Shown here: positions 1-8,955 of the stretch, one piece after another
Layout: each line of letters starts with the position of its first letter
Numbering within the stretch: position 1 is the stretch's first letter
Virus record (IMG/VR): IMGVR_UViG_3300021960_009431
Reading direction: 5' to 3' (one strand)
Source of the DNA: a virus
Length of the DNA stretch: 64,000 nt
Made by a program: the position numbers and the translations under genes
Notes under the pieces: model-generated
Databases searched by the model: none
Told to the model about the DNA's origin: nothing
The model's input: the letters and a program-made list of their open reading frames with translations, nothing else

Positions 1-45
1 AAAGCAAACTTTTCACCTGATGTGTTAAAAGGTTGGCAAAAATAA
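1..45 (+). CDS. 3' end of upstream conserved T4-like phage gene (partial)
   Basis: Frame 1 reads KANFSPDVLKGWQK-stop; truncated by window edge. Confidence 0.5.
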   Translation, partial: KANFSPDVLKGWQK

Positions 46-50
46 AATAT

Positions 51-58
51 TATAAATA
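51..58 (+). promoter_or_regulatory. T4-type late promoter (TATAAATA)
   Basis: Exact gp55 late consensus about 30 nt upstream of AAGGA RBS and ATG at 89. Confidence 0.8.
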
Positions 59-88
59 GTATTGAAGTTAAGTCTAAGGAAAACCTTC

Positions 89-2473
89 ATGAAAAAAGCA
101 GTAATCGCCTGGGGTCGTATGAACCCCGTGACATCAGGTCACGAAAAATTAGTTAATAAAGTGAAATCTGTGGCTAGGCGAGAGCGCGGTGAACCTCAGA
201 TTTATCTTTCCCATACACAAAATGCTAAAAAAGATCCATTGCAATATAAAGATAAGATTGCAATGACTAAGAAAGCATTTGGTTCAGTAATGAAGCAATC
301 TGCTTCACGAACACTTATCCAATTAATGCAAGAATTACAGAAAGCTGGTTTTACCGAAATAACAATGGTGGCCGGTTCTGATCGTGTGTCTGAATATAAT
401 ACATTATTAAATAAATATAATGGTAAAGATTATACGTTCGATAAAATAAAAGTAATATCAGCTGGAGAAAGAGATCCTGACGCAGAAGGTGCAGTAGGAA
501 TGTCTGCTACTAAGCTGAGAAAAGCTGCAACAGATGGTAAGTTTGATGATTATACTGATGACCGTGGAAAAAAACAATTAGGTTTCAAATCAGGTCTTCC
601 TAAAGAATTACAAGGCGCTGATGCTAAAAGACTATACAAACTTGTAAGGAAGGGCTTACTAGTGGAAGAAATAGAAAGTATATTAGAAGAAGAATTAGAA
701 GACTTTACTGACATAGAGTTAGAAGAGTTTGTTAATGAAGTTGAAGACTGGGAAGAGCTAGATGAAGAGTATATTGAAGAGCGTGCTCCTTTAACTTTAC
801 AACAACGAATCAAAAAAGCAAGAATAATGAAACGTCTTGCTCCAAAATTAAAACGTCAGCGTCAGATTAAAAAGTTTAGAATGGCTCCTACTGAACGTTT
901 AGTACAACGTGCACGTAAGTTAGCTCGTAATCTTCTTCGCAAAAAGATGGCAGGTAAAAGAGGTGAAAACTATAATAAGTTATCAGCTTCTCAAAAAATA
1001 CAGGTTGATCAACTTATACAAAAGAAAGCTTCTTCAGTAGAGCGTATTGCAAAACGTTTACTACCTATGGTACGTAAAAAAGAAATTGAACGAATCAGAT
1101 CTGCTCATGGTTCTAAAAATGAAAATGTAGAAGTACTTCAAGCAGCTTTTGATTACTTTACAGAAGCAGCAAAAACACCTCAAGATTCTGATATTGCTGA
1201 CCGCAAAGGTACTCAACCTAAAAGATATCATTCTGGTTTATCTAAATCAACTAAAGCAGCTAGAGACGCACACTTTAAAAAAGGTGCAAAGATGGATGAC
1301 AATAATCCAGCTGCGTATAAACCAGCACCTGGGGATGCAACTGCTAAAACTAAACCATCTAAGTATACTAAAAAATATAAAGAACTCTTTGGAGAGCAAG
1401 ACGCATTAGATCGTACTCAAGAAAGAATTAAAAGAGAAAAAGAAACTAATAAACGTAGACACGATCGTCAGTTAGACAGAGCTCGTTCTCAAGATGCAAG
1501 AGCAGATGTTCGTAAAGCATCTCAAGATAACAAAGGTGTAAGCTCTTCTGTTTCTGAAGCATATGAGTTAACTGAAAAGTCTATGGATGCTCTTAAAAAT
1601 AAAGCAGCAAAGTCTGGTGTATCATATGGTACTTTAAAGAAGGTATATGATAGAGGTGTTGCAGCATGGCGTACTGGTCATAGACCTGGCACTACACCTC
1701 AGCAATGGGGATATGCTAGAGTAAACGCTTTTATTACTAAAAAGAAAGCCGGTAACTTAAACCATGATAAAGACTTAGCTAATGAGTATGTACCTGAAGA
1801 AAGAAAAGGTAAACAACTTGTACATCATGGAGAGACAACTAAAAACTTTGATATATGTCCTTCAGCTTTAAAAGCTTTCGATGATAATCAGAAAGCAGGT
1901 ATGAGTGATAAAGATGGTTTTCATGATGCAGTTGTAGCTGTTGATAAGTATCTAGGTTTTGAAAAATCTTTAACTCAAAAAGGAAGTGCATCAGAAGCAG
2001 ATATGGCCCGTATGAAAGCTATGGTTGATATTGCTAAACAAAAAATATCTGATGCTAGTCTTCCCGGTCATGATTATCATCAAACTCATTTAGACGCTGT
2101 TAAAGAACTAATGAAAGAAATGAATGAAGGTGATGGTTTATGGGCTAATATACATAAAAAGAGACGTGAAGGAAGAAAGCCTAGAAAAGCTTTCTCAAAA
2201 GGAGCTCCTACAAAACAAGATTTTAAAAATGCATCAGAGAATTTTCAAGATGGAAAAAATCCTCAAGACAAAGGTGACGCAGGCCGACATGGTTTAAAAG
2301 GTAAGACCAAAGCTCAATTAAAAAAGATTCGCTCATCAAGCACTGCTTCTAAAAGAAAAAAACAATTAGCTCACTGGATGATTAATATGCATCATAACGA
2401 AGAGCACGGAGCTGGTGAAGATGGTACAAATAAACTTACTAAAAAATATAAAAAGGACACACCGGGGCAATGA
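89..2473 (+). CDS. Cytidyltransferase-like (HxGH nucleotidyltransferase) domain fused to long multi-module charged region; putative internal head polyprotein
   Basis: N-term GRMNPVTSGH, VAGSDR, SAGERD, MSATKLR as in conserved T4-like cytidyltransferase; acidic linker, then basic modules incl. GHRPGTTPQQWGYARV (DUF5824-like); ATG 89 follows AAGGA. Confidence 0.75.
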   Translation: MKKAVIAWGRMNPVTSGHEKLVNKVKSVARRERGEPQIYLSHTQNAKKDPLQYKDKIAMTKKAFGSVMKQSASRTLIQLMQELQKAGFTEITMVAGSDRVSEYNTLLNKYNGKDYTFDKIKVISAGERDPDAEGAVGMSATKLRKAATDGKFDDYTDDRGKKQLGFKSGLPKELQGADAKRLYKLVRKGLLVEEIESILEEELEDFTDIELEEFVNEVEDWEELDEEYIEERAPLTLQQRIKKARIMKRLAPKLKRQRQIKKFRMAPTERLVQRARKLARNLLRKKMAGKRGENYNKLSASQKIQVDQLIQKKASSVERIAKRLLPMVRKKEIERIRSAHGSKNENVEVLQAAFDYFTEAAKTPQDSDIADRKGTQPKRYHSGLSKSTKAARDAHFKKGAKMDDNNPAAYKPAPGDATAKTKPSKYTKKYKELFGEQDALDRTQERIKREKETNKRRHDRQLDRARSQDARADVRKASQDNKGVSSSVSEAYELTEKSMDALKNKAAKSGVSYGTLKKVYDRGVAAWRTGHRPGTTPQQWGYARVNAFITKKKAGNLNHDKDLANEYVPEERKGKQLVHHGETTKNFDICPSALKAFDDNQKAGMSDKDGFHDAVVAVDKYLGFEKSLTQKGSASEADMARMKAMVDIAKQKISDASLPGHDYHQTHLDAVKELMKEMNEGDGLWANIHKKRREGRKPRKAFSKGAPTKQDFKNASENFQDGKNPQDKGDAGRHGLKGKTKAQLKKIRSSSTASKRKKQLAHWMINMHHNEEHGAGEDGTNKLTKKYKKDTPGQ

Positions 2474-2754
2474 AAACATTTAAACAATATTTCGCTGCCG
2501 AAGATATGTCTGGCATGTCTGTAAAATCTGGTCATAAAAGATCAGTTAAACAGGGCGCTGGTATGACTAAGAAAGGTGTCGCTGCATATAGAAGACGTAA
2601 CCCAGGTAGTAAGTTACAAACAGCTGTAACAACTAAACCTAGCAAATTAAAACCTGGAAGTAAAGCTGCTGGAAGACGAAAATCCTTTTGCGCTCGTTCA
2701 AAAGGCTGGACTGGAGAGCGAGGGAAAGCGGCTCGAAGAAGATGGAATTGTTAA
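2470..2754 (+). CDS. Small basic protein with capsid-targeting-like N-terminus (putative internal protein)
   Basis: MKTFKQYFAAE resembles T4 IP CTS MKTYQEFIAE; conserved RRKSFCAR...RWNC motif. Confidence 0.65.
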   Translation: MKTFKQYFAAEDMSGMSVKSGHKRSVKQGAGMTKKGVAAYRRRNPGSKLQTAVTTKPSKLKPGSKAAGRRKSFCARSKGWTGERGKAARRRWNC

Positions 2755-2767
2755 ATAGGAGAGTAAA

Positions 2768-4561
2768 ATGTCATTAGAAAGAACTATACGCGGCGTGTTG
2801 ACAGAACAAACAGCGCCAAAAGAAATCACTGAAGCAGGTCATGATGATGTATCTATGGCTAAAACTAAAGTAAAAATAGCTATGGCTGCAGTTCAAAAAA
2901 TGAGCGCCGAGTTAGATAAACTACCAGACGATGGTGATTTACCTTCATGGTGGGTAGGTAAAGTAGCTATTGCTGTAGATAAGCTAGACGGTATGGCTGA
3001 TTATCTTGATACTCAAGTAGAAGAGGTGCAAGAAGAAACTCTTCCCGGTAAAGGAAAAGACACCTGGATGAAAGATGGTGTTGAAATGTGTCCGGAAGAA
3101 TGTTGTGGGCAACCAGTAACAGAGTGTAAGTGCGGTACTGATTGTAAAACATGCAATTGTGCTGAAAGAAAAGAAATGATGAAAGCTGAAGCTACTATTC
3201 CTGATGGTCAAACTGCAATGACTAAGAAACCTGAGATTTCTAAAAGCGATAAAGATAAAATTGCTAAAATTGCTGATATGATGAGTAAAGAAAAGAAACC
3301 TAAAACTGAAGCATACAAAGAACCTCAAGGTCAAGCTAAGAGTATGATGTCTCCATTACACAAAGCTCGTATGGATAAAGAGAAAGCTGATCGTGATAGA
3401 GATGGAAAGCTTAAACCAGGTGTAGTTAAAGTTAAAAAAGAAGAAGTAGAGGTAGAAGAAGCTAAAAAAGTAAGCAGTATGCAAATTCATAAAGTGCTTG
3501 CTCCTACTAAAAATTCTCGCGAGGGTATTGCTGCTCTTAAAAAAGCATTTCGTGTGAATGATAGAGAAGCACAAATGATGATGAAGAAAGTTATGAACGA
3601 AGAAAGTCTCGATGAAATTTCTCGTACCATGACTCCTATGCGTAAGAAATTTGGCGGAACAGTTGATCCTAAAAAGTTTGATATGTATAAAAAGCATATT
3701 AAACAACATAGAGTAGATGAGCCTACAGTTCGTATGGTTATCGATAATCCAGATGATGCTGAATCAAAACGTATGATGAAAAATAAACATGTTGCTCAAG
3801 CTGTAAGTCTACGTAAAGCTGCTATGAAAGAATCAGTTGCTGGTAAAATTAGAAATGCTATGATGAAAAATGAAAAATTTGCCAACGCAGCTCAGCAAGC
3901 TGCTGTAATGGCTAAATTAAAAGCATCTGGTAAATATAAAAAAGAAGAAGTTCAAGAAGCTAAGAAGCCAGATGAAACTGTTAACATTCGTCAATCATTG
4001 AAAAAAGCTATCGATATGAGAGGGCAGAAAGAAGTTGTCTTTAAAGACGGTTCTAAAGCTAAAATCTCTGTACAAGATGCTGAAAAAGCAATGAAGATGC
4101 TTGATACTACAAGAATGGCGAAAGCTAAACAAGACCTTACTGTACGTATGATGAAGAGTCATCAAGACTTTAAAGATACACTTGCAGGTAAAAAACCTAA
4201 AGTAGATCCATTTGCTCTTAGAGTGAGAAAAGAAGACAACAATCCTAAAATTGTAAAACATTTAGAGATGGCTAAAAAAGCACGTGCTGAAGGTGATTAT
4301 GATAAAGCTAATTATCATACACAATTAGCGAGACAAATGCAAAGCGAAAATACTTTTATTTCTAAATTTAAAGAAGAGATAAAAGAAAAGAAACGTATGA
4401 GTGAGACTAAAGGAGCTCCTAAAGGTTATCACTTTACAAGATCTGGTCAACTTAAAAAAGGTGATGCAGGTCAAGATGGAGATGGAGGAAAAATGTTAAG
4501 ATCTGATCCATTAGATAAACAGAGAAAAAAGATTCCTCCACTACCTGAAAACGATAAATAA
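2768..4561 (+). CDS. Lys/Glu-rich multi-module protein, putative internal virion polyprotein
   Basis: GGAG RBS; modules separated by Glu-rich junctions; DLPSWWVGKV module and 8-Cys segment. Confidence 0.6.
   Translation: MSLERTIRGVLTEQTAPKEITEAGHDDVSMAKTKVKIAMAAVQKMSAELDKLPDDGDLPSWWVGKVAIAVDKLDGMADYLDTQVEEVQEETLPGKGKDTWMKDGVEMCPEECCGQPVTECKCGTDCKTCNCAERKEMMKAEATIPDGQTAMTKKPEISKSDKDKIAKIADMMSKEKKPKTEAYKEPQGQAKSMMSPLHKARMDKEKADRDRDGKLKPGVVKVKKEEVEVEEAKKVSSMQIHKVLAPTKNSREGIAALKKAFRVNDREAQMMMKKVMNEESLDEISRTMTPMRKKFGGTVDPKKFDMYKKHIKQHRVDEPTVRMVIDNPDDAESKRMMKNKHVAQAVSLRKAAMKESVAGKIRNAMMKNEKFANAAQQAAVMAKLKASGKYKKEEVQEAKKPDETVNIRQSLKKAIDMRGQKEVVFKDGSKAKISVQDAEKAMKMLDTTRMAKAKQDLTVRMMKSHQDFKDTLAGKKPKVDPFALRVRKEDNNPKIVKHLEMAKKARAEGDYDKANYHTQLARQMQSENTFISKFKEEIKEKKRMSETKGAPKGYHFTRSGQLKKGDAGQDGDGGKMLRSDPLDKQRKKIPPLPENDK
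4554..4560 (+). promoter_or_regulatory. Late promoter-like ATAAATA
   Basis: ATAAATA 30 nt upstream of AGGAG/ATG 4590. Confidence 0.45.
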
Positions 4562-4589
4562 CAGTAAAGAACCTAATAGGAGAATTAAA

Positions 4590-5105
4590 ATGGCAAATAT
4601 ATTTGGTAGTCATGGGTTGACAGACAGCTTATTAGACGCTGTTAGAGATGTACAATCAAAAAGCGATGGTGTATCTAAGCATGCTGCTTTTGGCTATGTA
4701 ACAGAAAAGAAAAAAATGGACCCTGTCGGTGATGCAGATGCAGATATCGACAATGATGGTGATGTAGATAAGTCAGATAAGTATCTACATAATCGTCGTA
4801 AAGCTGTTAAGAAAGCTATGGGTGGAAAAAAAGATGAAGTAGATGTCAATCCTAAAGATGACAATGTAAAAGAAGGTATAGACTCAGGGCTAGAAAATCC
4901 TCATAACTGTGCTACTCACGTTTACTCAGAGCAATGGGGTGACGGTACACCTGTTAAAACAATGCACGCAGATCCAGATGAAGCTGGAAATATTGCTTGG
5001 TATGATGTCATGTTCGAACATGGAATTGAGATGCGTGTTCCTATTGAGGAATTAAAAGTAATTAAATCGAGTCATCACGGCCATAAAAAGAGAGGAATGA
5101 AGTAA
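4590..5105 (+). CDS. Conserved T4-like phage protein with DxDxDG acidic loop (putative virion protein)
   Basis: DPVGDADADIDNDGDVDKSDKYLHNRRKA motif typical of marine T4-like phages. Confidence 0.6.
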   Translation: MANIFGSHGLTDSLLDAVRDVQSKSDGVSKHAAFGYVTEKKKMDPVGDADADIDNDGDVDKSDKYLHNRRKAVKKAMGGKKDEVDVNPKDDNVKEGIDSGLENPHNCATHVYSEQWGDGTPVKTMHADPDEAGNIAWYDVMFEHGIEMRVPIEELKVIKSSHHGHKKRGMK

Positions 5106-5626
5106 TGAGCGCATGGGGAAATAAAGATGATGTATCATCCGCAGGTACAGTTACTCTAGCAGGATTAGCTGTAACAGGATCAGGTACAGCTTTCGCAGTT
5201 GAGCAAAAAGTAGGTGATGTAATCACTATTGCAGATGCAGGCGGAGATGCTACTATTGCTACTATTACATCAGCAACAGCATTAACTCTAGTATCTAATA
5301 CTGAACTTACATCAGGTACGTTATCAGGTAAAAACTATACAGTTAGTGAAAAACCAAACACAGTAATTGAGACAGATACTAATACTACTGGTGCTCAAGT
5401 ATTTGGCGTATCATCTGCAGAGCAACTTGTTGATATTACTACGCAACAAACTATAGCAGAAAATAATCGTCAGATTGCTAACACTGCAGCTCACGCTGGA
5501 TGGGTTAAGCTTGGAGACATATATACTGATGCAAGTGGTAACGTACGTAGAAAGAATGAAACATTAGTTGCTATGTCATCTATCTCAGGTGATGCAGCTG
5601 ACGATACTACATTACCAGATAGTTAA
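5105..5626 (+). CDS. Putative virion structural/decoration protein
   Basis: Thr/Ala/Gly-rich beta protein; MSAWG...AHAGWV...ETLVAM motifs. Confidence 0.55.
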   Translation: MSAWGNKDDVSSAGTVTLAGLAVTGSGTAFAVEQKVGDVITIADAGGDATIATITSATALTLVSNTELTSGTLSGKNYTVSEKPNTVIETDTNTTGAQVFGVSSAEQLVDITTQQTIAENNRQIANTAAHAGWVKLGDIYTDASGNVRRKNETLVAMSSISGDAADDTTLPDS

Positions 5627-5644
5627 TAATTAGGAAATTGAATA

Positions 5645-6025
5645 ATGGCTGACAGAAAGATAACAGAGTTAACAGCTCTGACATCGCCTAACCAGAAGGA
5701 TCTTGTCTATATAATAGATGATCCTACTGGTACACCGGCGTCAAAGAAAATAAGTCTTTATAGTCTATTTGGTTCTGTTCCAGCTAATACATCTATTACT
5801 GGAACTCTTACTTCGTCAGGTAATACTGCAATTCAAGGTGCCAAGACTGTATTAAGTGCAGGTCAGATCACACTTTCAGCTGCTACTTCACCAGGAAGTA
5901 ACAATGCTACAACAGTGTTAGGTCGAGCTGATGGACAAGGAACTATATTTTGGGATAGCAATTATTTGTATGTGGCTACATCTAACACACAAATTAAAAG
6001 GGTAGCACTCTCAGTATTTTCGTAA
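5645..6025 (+). CDS. Putative virion structural (fibre-like) protein
   Basis: MADRKITELTAL start and GTIFWDSNYLYVA...KRVALS end typical of phage fibre/decoration proteins. Confidence 0.55.
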   Translation: MADRKITELTALTSPNQKDLVYIIDDPTGTPASKKISLYSLFGSVPANTSITGTLTSSGNTAIQGAKTVLSAGQITLSAATSPGSNNATTVLGRADGQGTIFWDSNYLYVATSNTQIKRVALSVFS

Positions 6026-6044
6026 TAATAAAGAATAATAATGA

Positions 6045-6431
6045 ATGATTGAAAATTTGACTGAACAAAACTTTTCGTTATTTGCAGCTCAAAGTTATAA
6101 TAATCCAAGTTGTTTGGATATACTAGAGTTTCAAGAAGATTTAAATAGAATAAAATATCTTAAAAGACTATTTAAAAGATATCATGAAAAAGGTGATCTT
6201 AAAGAAAGATTAGTTATTAATCATATTGTGGTATTATATAATGTTTTTGATAGAGATGCAGCAACTAGAATGTTGGTATTTAAGCTTGAAAATTATTTAC
6301 AGTACTTAAAGCCGTTTTTAGTTATGATGGGATACTGGCCACGTACTATAGATGGTATAAATGGTATCAGTATTGATGGAGAAGGTGTCCCAGCTAACAC
6401 TAACGTTGTAGAATTACTAAGGCGGATTTAA
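6045..6431 (+). CDS. Conserved T4-like hypothetical protein
   Basis: YNNPSC...EFQEDLNRIKYLKRLF...LKERLVINHIVVLYNVF motif. Confidence 0.65.
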   Translation: MIENLTEQNFSLFAAQSYNNPSCLDILEFQEDLNRIKYLKRLFKRYHEKGDLKERLVINHIVVLYNVFDRDAATRMLVFKLENYLQYLKPFLVMMGYWPRTIDGINGISIDGEGVPANTNVVELLRRI

Positions 6432-6968
6432 ATGGCTCAAGCAGTAGACTTATATGTACTTTATAGAATTATAAAAGACATTAGTACTCCGTTTAAAGAT
6501 ACTGATGCATATAAGCTTGGACTAGTCGACGAAAAAGGTAAAAGAAAAAAGAAAGCTTCTTCTTCAGAAGAGAAGAAAGCTACTGGCTATTATACAAGAT
6601 TTGTATTTAATATTAAAAGAGCATTAGGTAAAGTCGGTCTTGATAATAAAATTGGTACAGCTGCAGGTGCTCTTTTTCTATTTAAAGAATCACATACAGG
6701 TAAAGAATATTCACAAGAAGACATCATATTAGGTATTGAAGAAGAAGTGCAATACTTAGATGAGGTTACTATGAAGACATATTCTGAATTTTTTAGAGAA
6801 GATGCTCCAGCAATGTCAACAGGTGCTGCTGTAGCAGGTACAGGAGATGATCCTGTTCACTGGAAGAAAATGGGTCGACCTAGAGTAAAAGGCAAGGCTA
6901 TAAATGGAATTGCTTATCTAAAAAGGATGAATAAACAGCGTAGCGCTAATACTGCTATAAGGAGATAA
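6432..6968 (+). CDS. Conserved T4-like hypothetical protein with internal CTS-like start at 6771
   Basis: TPFKDTDAYKLGLVDEKG motif; internal GAGG + ATG giving MKTYSEFFRE. Confidence 0.65.
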   Translation: MAQAVDLYVLYRIIKDISTPFKDTDAYKLGLVDEKGKRKKKASSSEEKKATGYYTRFVFNIKRALGKVGLDNKIGTAAGALFLFKESHTGKEYSQEDIILGIEEEVQYLDEVTMKTYSEFFREDAPAMSTGAAVAGTGDDPVHWKKMGRPRVKGKAINGIAYLKRMNKQRSANTAIRR

Positions 6969-6970
6969 AC

Positions 6971-7672
6971 ATGCGTTGGTCACATCATTTTGCTAAAGTA
7001 TCTCAATTAGCGTACACTGATAATAATAAAGACGGTTTTAAAAAATTAGGTTATACAAGCTGTGCATTCTTTGATAAAGATGGAGCTCAAGGTTATGTGC
7101 TTTGGCATAATGACTATATCACTATTGCTTTCAGAGGTACTGAACCAAAAGAATTTAATGATATTAAAGCTGACCTGAAAGCATTCCATAGTAATGGATA
7201 TCATAAAGGTTTCTTACAAGAGTATAGAAAGCTTCATGATGATATCTATAAAAAAATTATCCAGATACAAAAAAAGAAAGAAAGACCAATTTATATTACT
7301 GGTCATTCTTTAGGTGGTGCAATGGCAACTATATGCGCTACTTATTTTTCAGAAGCAAAAGAATTATACACGTACGGATCACCAAGAGCATTATCTTGGA
7401 GTATGAGTAAAAAATTAAAAGTACCTCACAAAAGACATGTTAATAATAATGACATAGTACCTAAAGTACCATTTGCTTTTATGGGATGGAAACATACCGG
7501 TGAGTTATGTTATTTAAACATTCAAGGTGATGTATGTAAGATGTCTTGGTATCAAAGACTAAAAGATGGATTAACCGGAAGATGGAAAGCGTTTAAAAAA
7601 AGGCAACCTTTTGATGGAATTTGTGACCATTCTGTAGATGAATATGCTAAGTATCTTAAGGATGGTAAATAA
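6971..7672 (+). CDS. Class 3 lipase (alpha/beta hydrolase)
   Basis: IAFRGT, GHSLGG nucleophile elbow, TYGSPR, NNNDIVP (Asp), DHS (His). Confidence 0.9.
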   Translation: MRWSHHFAKVSQLAYTDNNKDGFKKLGYTSCAFFDKDGAQGYVLWHNDYITIAFRGTEPKEFNDIKADLKAFHSNGYHKGFLQEYRKLHDDIYKKIIQIQKKKERPIYITGHSLGGAMATICATYFSEAKELYTYGSPRALSWSMSKKLKVPHKRHVNNNDIVPKVPFAFMGWKHTGELCYLNIQGDVCKMSWYQRLKDGLTGRWKAFKKRQPFDGICDHSVDEYAKYLKDGK

Positions 7673-7884
7673 TGTTTAGTAAACAATGTAAATTACATTT
7701 AGAAGAAGTAGGAGAGACTCGTTGGCAGCATTTTAAACATGCCTGTTGGGTTTCCTGGCAACTTGAAAAAGCTGCTTATGCTTGTTTTATACATGCTTTT
7801 GTTCCTCGTTGGTTCACTACGTACGCTTCTGATAAATGTAAAGAGGTGCTAGAGAGTCGAAATGGTAAAAGCGAACATAAGTGA
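7672..7884 (+). CDS. Small protein, DUF6356-like
   Basis: HLEEVGETRWQHF...IHAFVP.WFTTYAS pattern. Confidence 0.6.
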   Translation: MFSKQCKLHLEEVGETRWQHFKHACWVSWQLEKAAYACFIHAFVPRWFTTYASDKCKEVLESRNGKSEHK

Positions 7885-8260
7885 AGATACAGTAATTGCA
7901 ACACCACTAAAGTCTATTTTAGGTATCGTTACAGCCGTAGCAATAGGTACATGGGCATACTTTGGTATTGTAGAAAGACTTAATCAGATAGAAACTAATA
8001 TTACATTAATGAATACTGATTTAGAAGAAAATACTGAATTTCGTATAAAATGGCCACGTGGTGAGATGGGAAGTCTTCCTGCTGATAGTGAACAGTTTAT
8101 GTTAATTGAACATTTAGCAGGTCAGTTAGATAAGATGATAGAAGATATTGAAAGCGGTAATGCTCCATACGATCAACAACAGAAACTAACTCTAGAATTT
8201 TATGAAAAACGAATAAGTAAACTAGAGGAAAAAATAGACCAGATAAAAAACGGACATTAA
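7862..8260 (+). CDS. Membrane-anchored hypothetical protein
   Basis: N-terminal TM helix followed by coiled coil. Confidence 0.55.
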   Translation: MVKANISEDTVIATPLKSILGIVTAVAIGTWAYFGIVERLNQIETNITLMNTDLEENTEFRIKWPRGEMGSLPADSEQFMLIEHLAGQLDKMIEDIESGNAPYDQQQKLTLEFYEKRISKLEEKIDQIKNGH

Positions 8261-8262
8261 AG

Positions 8263-8478
8263 ATGATAGAAATATTTAAAGGATTCATATTATTTTTATT
8301 TGTAGATGGTACACCAATAGAATATACTCCTAAAGATTCACTATCAGATTGTTTAAAGACGAAAAGAGAAATAGCAAGAAACATGGGTGATGCTGGAAGA
8401 TACTCTTGTGCACAAGGTCAAGTAAAGATACAAGATATAAATGGTACTAAACATCCTGTAGGGTTAGTAGAGGATTAA
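8263..8478 (+). CDS. Small hypothetical protein
   Basis: Translationally coupled ORF; two Cys. Confidence 0.5.
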   Translation: MIEIFKGFILFLFVDGTPIEYTPKDSLSDCLKTKREIARNMGDAGRYSCAQGQVKIQDINGTKHPVGLVED

Positions 8479-8955
8479 ATGAATAATAAATTTAGTATTG
8501 GTGTAGTAATAGCAATTGTATTACAAGTAAGTGCTTTCGTGTGGTGGACTGCCCAACAAGCACAGACTATTGATCAATTAAAAGGTGAAGTAGAAGAACT
8601 AACTGCAAGAACTGAAGTAGAAAAAGAAGTTATATTAATTAATGATGTTGAACAGATAAAAAAAGATATCGTTGAATTAAATCAAAAAACTCTAGATGCA
8701 ATATTAGAAACTAATGAACGTATAGATAATTTAGGTTCATTTGTAAACAGTCAAGATAAACTTATTAATGATACTTTTGCGGAACAAATGGCAGAAGAAA
8801 ATGGAAAAACTGTAAATACTTTTGCGATTGTAGAGGAATGGATAGATGAGCTTGACGTGGATGTAGAAATGGTTTATACATATATAGATAGTGAACTTAA
8901 AAAATTAGACAAAAAGCTTAGCGATAGAATAAAAGATCATGGACATACTGAATAA
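8479..8955 (+). CDS. Membrane-anchored coiled-coil protein
   Basis: N-terminal TM then heptad-rich region; GAGG RBS. Confidence 0.55.
   Translation: MNNKFSIGVVIAIVLQVSAFVWWTAQQAQTIDQLKGEVEELTARTEVEKEVILINDVEQIKKDIVELNQKTLDAILETNERIDNLGSFVNSQDKLINDTFAEQMAEENGKTVNTFAIVEEWIDELDVDVEMVYTYIDSELKKLDKKLSDRIKDHGHTE

Noticed and set aside
550-4261. Several minus-strand and alternate-frame ORFs in the track (e.g. 550-813, 2984-3334, 3356-3709, 3995-4261)
   Set aside because: Shadow ORFs antisense to K/E-rich genes; Phe/Ser-rich low-information translations, no RBS
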